Position numbers and translations under genes: made by a program. Source: a virus (lineage: Duplodnaviria; Caudoviricetes). From it: 64,000 nucleotides of DNA. The DNA lies in IMG/VR virus record IMGVR_UViG_3300028591_003923, positions 32,001 to 96,000 of that record; one strand, written 5' to 3'. This document shows, one piece after another, positions 27,908-37,545 of this stretch. Each line of letters opens with the position of its first letter. The first letter of the stretch is position 1. The notes below the pieces were generated by a model that saw nothing but the letters and a program-made list of their open reading frames with translations, had not been told where the DNA came from and searched no databases.

Positions 27908-28657
27908 TTATTTAATGATAATCGTATCTTTACTTTTTAATATTCGGTAACTTTTGCAAGAAATTTCCAAAAGTTTTTCTTTATCGTGTAATATTGTGAG
28001 AATTTTGGAAGTTTCTCTAACTATACTTCTTTTTATAGGATAATTTCCAAAAATTTCTGCGCCTCTGTTTAAAGTTTCAAAAAGAATTTGTGTTTCTATT
28101 AAACTATCACTTAATGCGGTATGGTCTTCGATAAAGTCTATATTATCGGAAATATATTGCATCACTGTTTCTGCGGTGGTAGAATAATTACCACTTTCTG
28201 TAAATCTTTCGTTATCTTCGCAAAACTTTTTATATTCATTATCAATAATAAATTGATGAACAAAACCCCTTATATCTTTTATTTCTACATCATCAAATGG
28301 ATTATTGCATTTAAACCAATCGCAATTGAAATCGAAAACTTTTTCATCAAACTTACAATTATAGGCAAATGCGCATTCTACTTCAAACTTTTTAAAATCT
28401 CTTATCATTTTCTGGCAAATGTAACCAAATTTTTCCATTTTGGTTTCTTTTGCTCTCATTGCTTTAACATAAATCGGTCTTTTTTCTGCGTAATATGCGG
28501 AAGCAAAGCACATTTTATTATGCCAAACTTGTTCTACAACAAAATCTTTTTGGGAAAGAATTTGTTCTGTTTCTACGTTAGCAATTACATAACCAATATT
28601 ATAACAAAAAGGTTTATCAAGTGAAGTGGTTTCTGTGTCAAAAATTACAATATTCAT
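27908..28657 (-). CDS. DEDDh 3'-5' exonuclease, paralog 2
   Basis: FDTET, AYNCKFD, HTALSD. Confidence 0.88.
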   Translation of the reverse strand: MNIVIFDTETTSLDKPFCYNIGYVIANVETEQILSQKDFVVEQVWHNKMCFASAYYAEKRPIYVKAMRAKETKMEKFGYICQKMIRDFKKFEVECAFAYNCKFDEKVFDFNCDWFKCNNPFDDVEIKDIRGFVHQFIIDNEYKKFCEDNERFTESGNYSTTAETVMQYISDNIDFIEDHTALSDSLIETQILFETLNRGAEIFGNYPIKRSIVRETSKILTILHDKEKLLEISCKSYRILKSKDTIIIK

Positions 28658-28826
28658 TCTATATTCTCCTTTCCTTTTGACTACATATATTATATAGGAT
28701 AGAAGTTACTTTGTCAAGACTTTTAGGAAAAAATCGAAAGATTTTTTGACGTCTAAACTGAAGAGGAACTTATTTTAGACGTTTAACGTCTAAGATACGT
28801 TGAGTGCGCGAACTCAACCGGCGCAC

Positions 28827-28976
28827 TCAACGAAGGAGGAAAAGGAATATATTAAAAGAACTGTATTGCGGATTTTCAGTAAGATTTTTTAGGATAATTT
28901 CTATCCAAGAAAAACCTATCCATAAAAGTAATAAACAATTTATAAGAATTATTATTTTCCAAATTATATTTTTCAT
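28827..28976 (-). CDS. small membrane peptide (49 aa)
   Basis: Promoter and AAGGGG RBS; hydrophobic; read manually. Confidence 0.5.
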   Translation of the reverse strand: MKNIIWKIIILINCLLLLWIGFSWIEIILKNLTENPQYSSFNIFLFLLR

Positions 28977-29149
28977 TTTGCCATACCCCCTTGACAATTA
29001 TATTATAACACTTTGAAGAGGAAAGTCAAGTGTTTTTTTAAAAAAGTTATAGGAATTTATTTAGACGTTAAACGTCTAAGCAAAATCTTTTCGGAAATAA
29101 TCCGAAAAGATTTTGAAAAGATGAGGTAAATAAAAGTGATTTTTTACAA

Positions 29150-29350
29150 TTAATCATTTTTTGCTTGTCTGAAGAGGCAAGACAATAGGAACATTACTAT
29201 CCATAAAAGAAGTACCCATTTCCATGTAAAAGTTATTCCAACAATTTTACACACTGCGAATACTATTAGCGCATCGATACCAAATTCTATGATATTAGCG
29301 ATAATTAATGTTGCGATTATTGCAATTATTGTTTTCCCTGTTTTATTCAT
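29150..29350 (-). CDS. small membrane protein
   Basis: Hydrophobic; promoter and AAAGGAG RBS. Confidence 0.65.
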   Translation of the reverse strand: MNKTGKTIIAIIATLIIANIIEFGIDALIVFAVCKIVGITFTWKWVLLLWIVMFLLSCLFRQAKND

Positions 29351-29513
29351 TGTTTTTACTTCCTTTCTGTTCTCCCTTGGAACAATTATATATTACCATA
29401 TCATATACGTAATGTCAATAGATAAATTAAAAAAAGATAAATTTATTTGACGTCTAAGTTTGAAGAGGGACTTAGACGTTTAACGTCTAAAATAAAAAGG
29501 TTAAAAACAACCG

Positions 29514-29966
29514 CTATGCGATTGCTTTTAACGTATCAATTATATTATTTACATTATATGCTTTACCTTTCCATTCTGTTCTGTTTTTTTCTTCGTCATC
29601 GAATAATATTCCTTGTGGTATATTTACAATACTTGACTTTGGTGTTCCATATGATACTATATGTATTTCGTCAAATGTTACGCTTTTAAGATGTTTATTT
29701 AGCCATTTAAGTTTTGCGTTTGTTACTGCTTTATCATATTCAATGTTTGAGCCTTTTGATAGCCAGCTGACTATGCCCAGCTTGTAGCCTTTACGTTGTA
29801 GCTGATTAAGCAGGCGCGCCAGGTGCGACAGGTGCAAAAGTGCAGGAGCCAGCTCGTATGGTGTAGGGTCATAGCTCCGTAACATATCAAGCCACCCTTT
29901 GACACCGTAAAGGTCAGCAATAGTGCCGTCCATATCAAAATATATTGCTTTTCCAGTTTCTTCCAT
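29514..29966 (-). CDS. HAD-superfamily phosphatase (5'-nucleotidase-like)
   Basis: FDMDGT motif I, LFDD motif IV. Confidence 0.82.
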   Translation of the reverse strand: MEETGKAIYFDMDGTIADLYGVKGWLDMLRSYDPTPYELAPALLHLSHLARLLNQLQRKGYKLGIVSWLSKGSNIEYDKAVTNAKLKWLNKHLKSVTFDEIHIVSYGTPKSSIVNIPQGILFDDEEKNRTEWKGKAYNVNNIIDTLKAIA

Positions 29967-30306
29967 TTGGTTTTCTCTCCTTTCCTTCACTGTACCTATA
30001 TTATAGCACTTCATCACGTAGAAGTAAAACGTCTAATATTAACATTAAGGCAAGTTTTTGACGTCTAAGATTTTAATCAAATACTTTAGTACTTTAAAAC
30101 TTTAACGCATTAAAGTATTAACACTTTAATGCGTTAAAGCACTAAAGTATTTTTGACGTCTAAGATTAGACGTCTGACGTCTAAGGTTTAATGCTTTAAC
30201 GCATTAAAGTATTAAAATAAGTTTGACGTCTAAGATTTTAACGCTTTAAAACTTTAGTGCATTAAAGTGCCAAAGCAAAAAAAAGAACGGACGTTTGTCC
30301 GCTCTT

Positions 30307-30585
30307 TTACCACTCCATTATTGTTTTTAACTGAGACATTATGTCACGTGCTGTATGTTGTTTGTAGGCGTTATGTGCAAGGGTATTTATATATATACCA
30401 TCGTGTTTGTTATCAGCGTGTACGCTCAGCACCTTATTATTATAGTGTACGTGTATAGCGCTGTATTTATAGCGGTCTACCCACTCACAAGTAACGTGTA
30501 CTAAGTTATACGCTCTGATGTCACATAGCATTACATAAAGCTCGTTAAGCTCGTGCTCATTATCTAATTTATTATATTTAATCAT
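30307..30585 (-). CDS. hypothetical protein
   Basis: GAGGAG RBS before ATG 30585. Confidence 0.6.
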   Translation of the reverse strand: MIKYNKLDNEHELNELYVMLCDIRAYNLVHVTCEWVDRYKYSAIHVHYNNKVLSVHADNKHDGIYINTLAHNAYKQHTARDIMSQLKTIMEW

Positions 30586-30649
30586 TTTATACTCTCCTCT
30601 CTTCTCTTCAAGCGGAGCGGAGCACGTGCTCCGCTCCATTGTATTATCA

Positions 30650-31087
30650 TTAGTGGCAAGCTTTGAACTGTTCAAGCGTTTCAAACTGTTCAAGCAAGCT
30701 TGCGAACAGTGTGCTTTTGCGTTTGCTGTTCTTGTATGACTGTATGGCTCTTACAGTCGCGCCGTTTGTAGCTCGTTTCATTCTAATTAAGCCACAAGTA
30801 TCAAGCACGTTGATAAACTGTTCTACTGTGAGCACGTGCGCACGTTCAGGCGCATTGTAGTCGGTTTTATTATCCATTGTATAGATAATATAATCATTTG
30901 AATTGATATTGTTGTTTATTTCACCGCAATTTGACTTAATCTCAATTGTTAAACCGTGATATTTTACGTCATGCTTACCTTTTGCGCTAACTCTGTTGAC
31001 ATTTCCTTTGTTTCCGTTCAAATAATGCTTTACAGCCTTTTCAAATTCTTTCCCGAAAAATCCGCTATCATTCTTTTTAATTTCCAT
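30650..31087 (-). CDS. putative PD-(D/E)xK nuclease-like protein
   Basis: GKEFE...HDVK...IEIKS motif. Confidence 0.6.
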   Translation of the reverse strand: MEIKKNDSGFFGKEFEKAVKHYLNGNKGNVNRVSAKGKHDVKYHGLTIEIKSNCGEINNNINSNDYIIYTMDNKTDYNAPERAHVLTVEQFINVLDTCGLIRMKRATNGATVRAIQSYKNSKRKSTLFASLLEQFETLEQFKACH

Positions 31088-31386
31088 TGTTTTTACCTTT
31101 CCTTTCCTTTCCTTAACTATTGCCTTGAATAGGTTAGTTTATTCAACCGGACTTATTTATTAATTTGTCTATGTCCTTTTGACAATAACAATATATCAGA
31201 TATAAAAACACTTGTAAAGCGTTTTTTAACATTTTTCTTGTTTTGACGTCTATTTTTTTTATTTTGACGGCTAAAAAATCATAAAGGGGGTATATTCTAC
31301 TACATGTAGTGGTATACCAAAAAAGCTATACCATATATAGTGATTCAAATCTTTTTGAGAAAATTATGTATATTTATACATTTTAA

Positions 31387-31459
31387 AAACGTTGAAATTT
31401 CAACGTTTCTGGAATCTATTCATTTTACAGTTTCCAAAAACGTTGAAATTTCAACGTTT
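31387..31459. repeat. two perfect 22 bp palindromes AAACGTTGAAATTTCAACGTTT
   Basis: 31387-31408 and 31438-31459, in the divergent gap before the packaging operon. Confidence 0.85.
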
Positions 31460-31610
31460 AGGGGCGGTACTATACAGGAAGTTTATACATTTTTGTGTAT
31501 AAATATACGCCGGCCTGCTACATTATCTCCACGAAATTAAAAATTCAATCCCCGAAATTTGACTTCCCCTCAGCCGTGTGCTATAATATAACTGTAGGAG
31601 GAAATGGACT

Positions 31611-32921
31611 ATGAACAGATTAAAACTAGACTTCAGCTTAGAAACAGCTGAGGAACGCAAAAACTTTATAGACACATACATTGTCCAATTCCCCGACCTT
31701 ACTCAGACAGAAGCGGAAACCATTGCGGATTATTTGCTGTGGGGCAAGGACGCACAAGGACAGCCTATAGGTGCGGGAACGGGCCTTAAAACACGATGGA
31801 CGAAAGGCGACGACATTGAATCGCTTGACGCCGTACTTGATAATCCGGCGTATACGAATGTCCAGTTCCAGCCATTCACCGAAGCCACGCCGTTAAAGGC
31901 CGAGCGCAAGGTATTTAATCGCCAGGCCGTACGTGAGGCCGCACCGGACTACCTAAGAGACTCGTTTGAGGCTTTATGGAGGAAAATTGACGAGGATGAC
32001 CTATTAATTAACTTCTACGAACTGGGCGTAGGTAAGCGGGATAAGCCACCGCGCAAGGAATTACTTGACCGATTCAGTGAGTCAGATCAGGTTGTACTTA
32101 GTCGGCGCGCAGCCGAACTTAGTCAGTTTCAGTATTTGAAGTTGAGACATGAGCTTGTGGAGTTAAGACGGGAGCAATTTACGATGAGAGATTCGTTTGT
32201 AAATACGTTAAACCCACATCAAGGACCTACGGGACTAGACCGAGTCCAACAACATTTCGGACTTGACTTGGACATACTCCCGCTAGGTACTGCGACCGGC
32301 CGAACCGGAGAATTAATTTTCAATACAAACTTTGATCCGCGCGCCCTGAACGAAGAACAACTACGTTTAATCGCTCAGTTACTTAACGAAAAACGCGAAG
32401 TTGAGCCAGGCCCAACCGTAATTGATTTCCGTGACTTAGAAACAGTTTATCAACTTTACCTTATGCGAGAGGACTGCGCGGACCAAATTGAACGCGAACA
32501 CGAAATTAACTTCGTTGAAGGCAATTTGGAAGATATATATCGTACCTTAGACTTCTACGAATCAATTGCCGATTTAACCGAAGCGCAGCATAAACTGTTA
32601 CGAATGAAGGAGGCCCACGTACACAACGCCGATATAGCCCGGGTACTAAACGAGGAATTCGGTAAGAATTATACGGCGAACTATATAAGTACAATATTCA
32701 GACAAAAAATTATTGAAAAGATTAATGCGGCCGCCCAACTTCATTTAGATTCGGTAGAAAATTGTTTCTATCCAGAGAACTTTAAACAATGTACTGAGTG
32801 TGGAAGAGTTTTACTTTTAGACGAAAGAAATTGGGTTAGAAAGAACAAATCAAAGGATGGATTTCAGAATAGATGTAAGAGATGTGATAGAAAGAAAAGG
32901 AAGAGAAAAGGAGGCGATTAA
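31611..32921 (+). CDS. putative DNA-binding regulator (C-terminal sigma-r4-like HTH plus Zn ribbon)
   Basis: LTEAQ...NADIARVL...NYIS; CTEC...CKRC; promoter at 31559-31587. Confidence 0.6.
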   Translation: MNRLKLDFSLETAEERKNFIDTYIVQFPDLTQTEAETIADYLLWGKDAQGQPIGAGTGLKTRWTKGDDIESLDAVLDNPAYTNVQFQPFTEATPLKAERKVFNRQAVREAAPDYLRDSFEALWRKIDEDDLLINFYELGVGKRDKPPRKELLDRFSESDQVVLSRRAAELSQFQYLKLRHELVELRREQFTMRDSFVNTLNPHQGPTGLDRVQQHFGLDLDILPLGTATGRTGELIFNTNFDPRALNEEQLRLIAQLLNEKREVEPGPTVIDFRDLETVYQLYLMREDCADQIEREHEINFVEGNLEDIYRTLDFYESIADLTEAQHKLLRMKEAHVHNADIARVLNEEFGKNYTANYISTIFRQKIIEKINAAAQLHLDSVENCFYPENFKQCTECGRVLLLDERNWVRKNKSKDGFQNRCKRCDRKKRKRKGGD

Positions 32922-33266
32922 GTGAGACTTTTTGGAAAGGTTGGAGATGTTAGTAAGTCTACAGAAAAGTTACTTAAGGCAATTGCCGGACTTGAGCCTG
33001 CGGAATTTATGGGCGTTTGTACAATTTTAGGGATTGACGTTTATAAGAAAGAAACCATAGAAGAAGCTATGGATGAATTAGATAAACCGAACGAGCCGAA
33101 TGTTGAAGGCGCGCCGTCAACGGACGATACCAAGATTAAACGAGTACCCAAGGATTTTAGTGAGCTTTGGAGTGAAGTTTGCGACAAGGTTAATGGATTG
33201 AATAGGACTAGAAGGAGAAATTTAGATCGTTTACTGCGCCCGATCTATAAGAAGGAGAAAAAGTAA
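32922..33266 (+). CDS. hypothetical protein (GTG start)
   Basis: GGAGG RBS, abuts neighbours. Confidence 0.65.
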   Translation: MRLFGKVGDVSKSTEKLLKAIAGLEPAEFMGVCTILGIDVYKKETIEEAMDELDKPNEPNVEGAPSTDDTKIKRVPKDFSELWSEVCDKVNGLNRTRRRNLDRLLRPIYKKEKK

Positions 33267-34262
33267 ATGGCTATTACTCCAAAGTTTGACATCGACTTTG
33301 AGAACAGGCTTTGCGAACGTTGCGGCCGGTCCAAAGATTCATTTCATTTTTTAAGAAGTAAATCGGTTTTCTTTCCGAAAGGGTACGTTAACGTGTGTAC
33401 CGAATGTTTGGGAGAGGAACTGGAACGAAATGAGTATAGTTGGGAATGTATGGACAGAATTTGTCAGTATGTGGATATTCCTTTTGAACCGACTAAATAT
33501 GAAGAGTTAAGAGCAGTAAATGACGCAGTTGACTTATTGCGCGCTTATGATACGATTTACCTAAGTAAGGAGTATGAGGGAATAGATTGGGGGAGCTATA
33601 ATAAGGCATATGAGGAATTGAAAGAAAACGATGCCTTAGCTGATGTTGTACCTATACTGCGCGATGAGGAAAGACAGAAACTTATAGAGAAATGGGGTGC
33701 AAACTATGATGATGAAGCACTTCATTATTTGGAAAATCTCTATAATGGTTTACTTTTAACTCAGAATATCAATGGCGCGCTGCAAGGCGACCAGGCAATT
33801 AAAATTTGTAAAATTTCTTATGAGATTGATAATAAGATACGAGCAGGTGAAGATTTTGATAAGTTACTTGCTTCGTATGATAAATTAGTAAAGACAGGAG
33901 AATTTACTCCGAAGAATGTGAAAAATGCTGGCGACTTTGAATCTATGGGAGAACTTTGCCGCTGGCTGGAAAAGAAGGGCTTTGTTAATCAATTCTATGA
34001 CGGAGAAACAAGAGACGTTGTAGATGAGACTATAAAGAATATACAAAGTTGGAATCAAAGATTGTATACGAATGAGTCGGGTATTGGTGATGAGATAAGT
34101 CAACGTATACAATCACTGAAAACTGCGGCCGAGCTTGAGAATTACTATGACCTTGAACAGGATACAGACTATGACGAATATGAAAATGAAGGATTTGAAG
34201 AACTGTTTAAGGAAGAAGAATTTGAAGCTAAGGTAGGGGACGGTGAGTCCGATGCAGGATAA
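33267..34262 (+). CDS. Zn-finger protein, candidate terminase small subunit
   Basis: CxxC...CxxC N-terminus; directly precedes TerL. Confidence 0.55.
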   Translation: MAITPKFDIDFENRLCERCGRSKDSFHFLRSKSVFFPKGYVNVCTECLGEELERNEYSWECMDRICQYVDIPFEPTKYEELRAVNDAVDLLRAYDTIYLSKEYEGIDWGSYNKAYEELKENDALADVVPILRDEERQKLIEKWGANYDDEALHYLENLYNGLLLTQNINGALQGDQAIKICKISYEIDNKIRAGEDFDKLLASYDKLVKTGEFTPKNVKNAGDFESMGELCRWLEKKGFVNQFYDGETRDVVDETIKNIQSWNQRLYTNESGIGDEISQRIQSLKTAAELENYYDLEQDTDYDEYENEGFEELFKEEEFEAKVGDGESDAG

Positions 34263-36063
34263 GAGAAAGAAGGTTATTTTAAGTGCGCGCCAAGAGCTTA
34301 TGCAGGATGACACGATTGAACGTGCAGAGCGCGACGGCATAGAACTTGAGAAAGGCGCAACGATTACTACGGAATATATGCAGCAACATAAGTCCATGTT
34401 AGAGAAATGGATTAATTTGTTTACTGCTTATCCAGATTACTATTTAGATATTATTAGACCTATTGATTCAGAGTTTTCGCTGTTCTTTTATCAGAGACTT
34501 ACGTTGCGCGTGCTCATGCGCTTTAAGGATGTATTTCTTACTGCGCCCCGTGCGTTTTCTAAGTCATTTTTGACAATTTTGGCGCTCTTTCTGCAGTGCG
34601 TTTTTATTCCTGGCCGTAAAGTGTTCATTTGCGCGAACACCAAACAGCAGGCAGCGCAGATTACTAAGGAAAAAATATATGAGATTTATGACCATTGGCC
34701 CTTACTTAAAAAGGAAGTGGTTGGAAATGAAATTAAAGAGTATCCGGGGAACTTCGGTAAGGACTATGTTACTTTGAGATTTTTAAATGGCTCACAGCTT
34801 GACGTAGTGCTTGCAGGTGATGCGGCCCGTGGAGGTCGTAGACATGGTGGTCTTATAGATGAGATTAGAGACGGCGATGAGGAAGCAATAAACAGTGTTG
34901 TAATTCCATTGGTTAACGTTTCTCGTAGACTTCCAAATAACGAAGTCAATCCGCACGAACCAAACCAGCAGGTTGTAGCTACAACCAGTGCGGGCGCCAA
35001 GACTTCATTCGCCTACGAACGACTTATAGATACTTTTGAAAACTCAATCATTGACCCAGACCATTCATTTATGTTTGGATGTGATTGGCGCTTGCCGGCA
35101 ATGCATGGACTTATTGATAAACAATATATTAATAAATTGAAAATGAGTCCATCGTACAATGCAGAGTCATTTGCTACAGAATATTTGAGTCTGTGGCAAG
35201 GTTCTAGCGAAGATGCTTGGTTTTCTTATGAGAAATTAAGTAAATATAGAAAAATTAAAAACCCAGAAACGCATGCAATTAATAGACCCGACTCAGAACA
35301 ATTCTACTTAATATCAGTGGACGTAGGTCGTATTTCCGACCAGACCGCAGTTTGCGTATTTAGAGTTAACGTTGTAAACGGTAAATTCTATGCGACTTTA
35401 GTTAATTTAATCGTACTTGGCCGCACGCCGCAGACGAAACCGTTTGCGCGCCAGGCAGTAGATTTAAAAAAGATTATTCGTCAATTCAATCCACGCGAAG
35501 TCGTGATTGATACTAATGGTTTAGGAGTTGGCTTAGCCGATGAAATGATTAAACCACAGTATGATGAAAATGGTGAAATACTTCCGGCTTATGGGTTTAT
35601 AAACGATGATGTTTATAAAGCTATTCAACCGAAGGATGCACCGAAAATCCTTTATGGAATTAAAGCTAATGGACCTTTGAACTCAAAGATTCATGGAAAC
35701 TGTTATTCCAGATTAACAAGCGGCATGGTTCGTTTCTTAATTAAGGAACAGGAAGCTAAAAGTGCTTTACTTGCTACTAAAGTTGGTCAACGCATGACTG
35801 TGGAACAGCGGGTAATACGTCTTATGCCTCACGAAATGACAACTAAATTATTTGAAGAAATGAGTAACTTGCGCTTGAAGAGAACTGGCGCGAGCCTTGA
35901 CATAGTACTTGAACGTATAAATTCAAGATTCCCTAAGGATAAGTATTCATCCTTCTCTTATGGGCTTTGGCGTATAAAAGAATTAGAAGAGGATTACTAT
36001 AAGCGAGGACATCGGCGTCAGGGAACCAAACGGAAGTTGGTTTTCTTTACGGGAGGAAGGTAA
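34243..36063 (+). CDS. terL: terminase large subunit
   Basis: YQR motif, PRAFSKS Walker A, RGGR...LIDE Walker B, SVDVG and VIDTNG RNase H motifs, KDKYS. Confidence 0.9.
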   Translation: MSPMQDKRKKVILSARQELMQDDTIERAERDGIELEKGATITTEYMQQHKSMLEKWINLFTAYPDYYLDIIRPIDSEFSLFFYQRLTLRVLMRFKDVFLTAPRAFSKSFLTILALFLQCVFIPGRKVFICANTKQQAAQITKEKIYEIYDHWPLLKKEVVGNEIKEYPGNFGKDYVTLRFLNGSQLDVVLAGDAARGGRRHGGLIDEIRDGDEEAINSVVIPLVNVSRRLPNNEVNPHEPNQQVVATTSAGAKTSFAYERLIDTFENSIIDPDHSFMFGCDWRLPAMHGLIDKQYINKLKMSPSYNAESFATEYLSLWQGSSEDAWFSYEKLSKYRKIKNPETHAINRPDSEQFYLISVDVGRISDQTAVCVFRVNVVNGKFYATLVNLIVLGRTPQTKPFARQAVDLKKIIRQFNPREVVIDTNGLGVGLADEMIKPQYDENGEILPAYGFINDDVYKAIQPKDAPKILYGIKANGPLNSKIHGNCYSRLTSGMVRFLIKEQEAKSALLATKVGQRMTVEQRVIRLMPHEMTTKLFEEMSNLRLKRTGASLDIVLERINSRFPKDKYSSFSYGLWRIKELEEDYYKRGHRRQGTKRKLVFFTGGR

Positions 36064-37545
36064 ATGAAAAGGAATAAAGATTTCCTAACTACTTTTACCA
36101 AGACCTATAAAAATATGGTTGCTTCTTCGGAGCATTCATATGGTTATTCGTCACACCACTTCTCCTTCCGTGGGGCAGTAAGAAGGTATTCTGAAGAAGA
36201 CATTAAGAATATACTTGATTCTGGTTCTTTAGAAGAAAAAATTAATCTATCAAGATACTTTTTTGAACAAGGCGGTTTCTATCAAAGAATTTTATTACAT
36301 TATGCTACTTTATTAAAGTATATAGGTTTATTAATTCCTAATCCTGCTTTTGGTAAAAATCTCTCCGAAAATTTTATTCAAAAGAAGTACTTTAATGCAA
36401 TGAGTTTTATAGATTCCGCGAAGCTGCCCGCACTTTTCACGAGTATTGCTATTCGTGCATTGCGCGACGGCTGTTATTATGGTATTATTCAAGGTATCAA
36501 TAATGACGGAGTATCTATTTTAGATTTACCTACAACATATTGTAGGACTAGATTTAAGAACTATGATGGTGCTGATGTAATTGAATTTAATGTCACTTAT
36601 TTCAATACTATCACCGATGTTGATGAACGCAGAAGCGCTTTGTCGCTGTATCCAAAGGAAGTAGTAAACTGGTATAGAAGATATAGGAATGGTAAAGTAT
36701 CAGACCCATGGGTATTTATTGACCCAGGTGTAGGTATTTGTATACCTATACTGGACGGTAATCCTGTGTTTTTAGATATAATTCCTGCCGCGATTGATTA
36801 TGACCAAGCAAGAGGTATTAATAAAAAGCGAGATTTAGAAGAAATCAAAAAGATTATCGTACAAAAAATACCTCATTTACAAGATGGTGGTTTATTATTT
36901 GAGCCAGATGAAGCCGAAGTAATGCACAAGGGCGCAGTTGACATGATGGCGGGTGATGAGAATGTCTCTGTTCTTACCACTTATGCGGATGTTGATAGTG
37001 TCGTGTCAAAAACTTCAAACGAGAACTCAACTGCGAGTGTTGATAAGGAATTGAGTAACATTTATTCCGTTGCTGGCGCCAGCCCGCAATTGTTTGGAAC
37101 AGACTCTAACTTATCACTTGAGACTTCTATCAATAATGATATGGCGTTTATGATGATCTTTGCTCATAAATTAGATAATTATATTACATATATAGTTAAT
37201 TCTAAATTCGGCAATTCTAATATTTCGTTTAAGTATACCATTTTACCTATAACTTATTATAATGAGTCAAAGTATATAGACACTACTCTTAAAATGGCTA
37301 ATTCTGGTTATAGTTTTATATTACCGGCGTTAGCACTTGGCTTATCACAAAAAGAGCTTGGGAATATTAAAGATTTAGAAAATGACGTTTTAAATTTGAA
37401 AGAAAAATTAATTCCGTTAAGTACATCGTACACGGAATCAGGCAATTCGCCTGGACGTCCAGAAAAACCTTTAGAAGAGAAAAGTGCAAAGACAATTGCT
37501 AATGAAAAATCGTTAGATAACGGAGGTTCTAGTGCCAATGGATAA
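36064..37545 (+). CDS. portal protein
   Basis: Follows TerL, ~490 aa, C-terminal GRP tail. Confidence 0.75.
   Translation: MKRNKDFLTTFTKTYKNMVASSEHSYGYSSHHFSFRGAVRRYSEEDIKNILDSGSLEEKINLSRYFFEQGGFYQRILLHYATLLKYIGLLIPNPAFGKNLSENFIQKKYFNAMSFIDSAKLPALFTSIAIRALRDGCYYGIIQGINNDGVSILDLPTTYCRTRFKNYDGADVIEFNVTYFNTITDVDERRSALSLYPKEVVNWYRRYRNGKVSDPWVFIDPGVGICIPILDGNPVFLDIIPAAIDYDQARGINKKRDLEEIKKIIVQKIPHLQDGGLLFEPDEAEVMHKGAVDMMAGDENVSVLTTYADVDSVVSKTSNENSTASVDKELSNIYSVAGASPQLFGTDSNLSLETSINNDMAFMMIFAHKLDNYITYIVNSKFGNSNISFKYTILPITYYNESKYIDTTLKMANSGYSFILPALALGLSQKELGNIKDLENDVLNLKEKLIPLSTSYTESGNSPGRPEKPLEEKSAKTIANEKSLDNGGSSANG

Larger units (their letters stand above)
22322..31274. repeat. dispersed palindromic cassette-boundary element TTTTGACGTCTAA-N11-20-TTAGACGTTTAACGTCTAA
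   Basis: Copies start at about 22322, 23136, 23840, 24711, 25107, 25896, 26210, 27052, 27801, 28744, 29061 (core only), 29446; half-site cluster 30029-30233; degenerate 31241. Confidence 0.95.

Noticed and set aside
22322-29490. Boundary elements as a CRISPR array
   Set aside because: Intervals are hundreds of bp and contain genes, internal spacers are 11-20 bp and AT-rich, and no cas genes are present
22322-29490. TTGACG in each element as an antisense -35 box
   Set aside because: No consistent -10 hexamer 16-18 bp downstream in the copies checked
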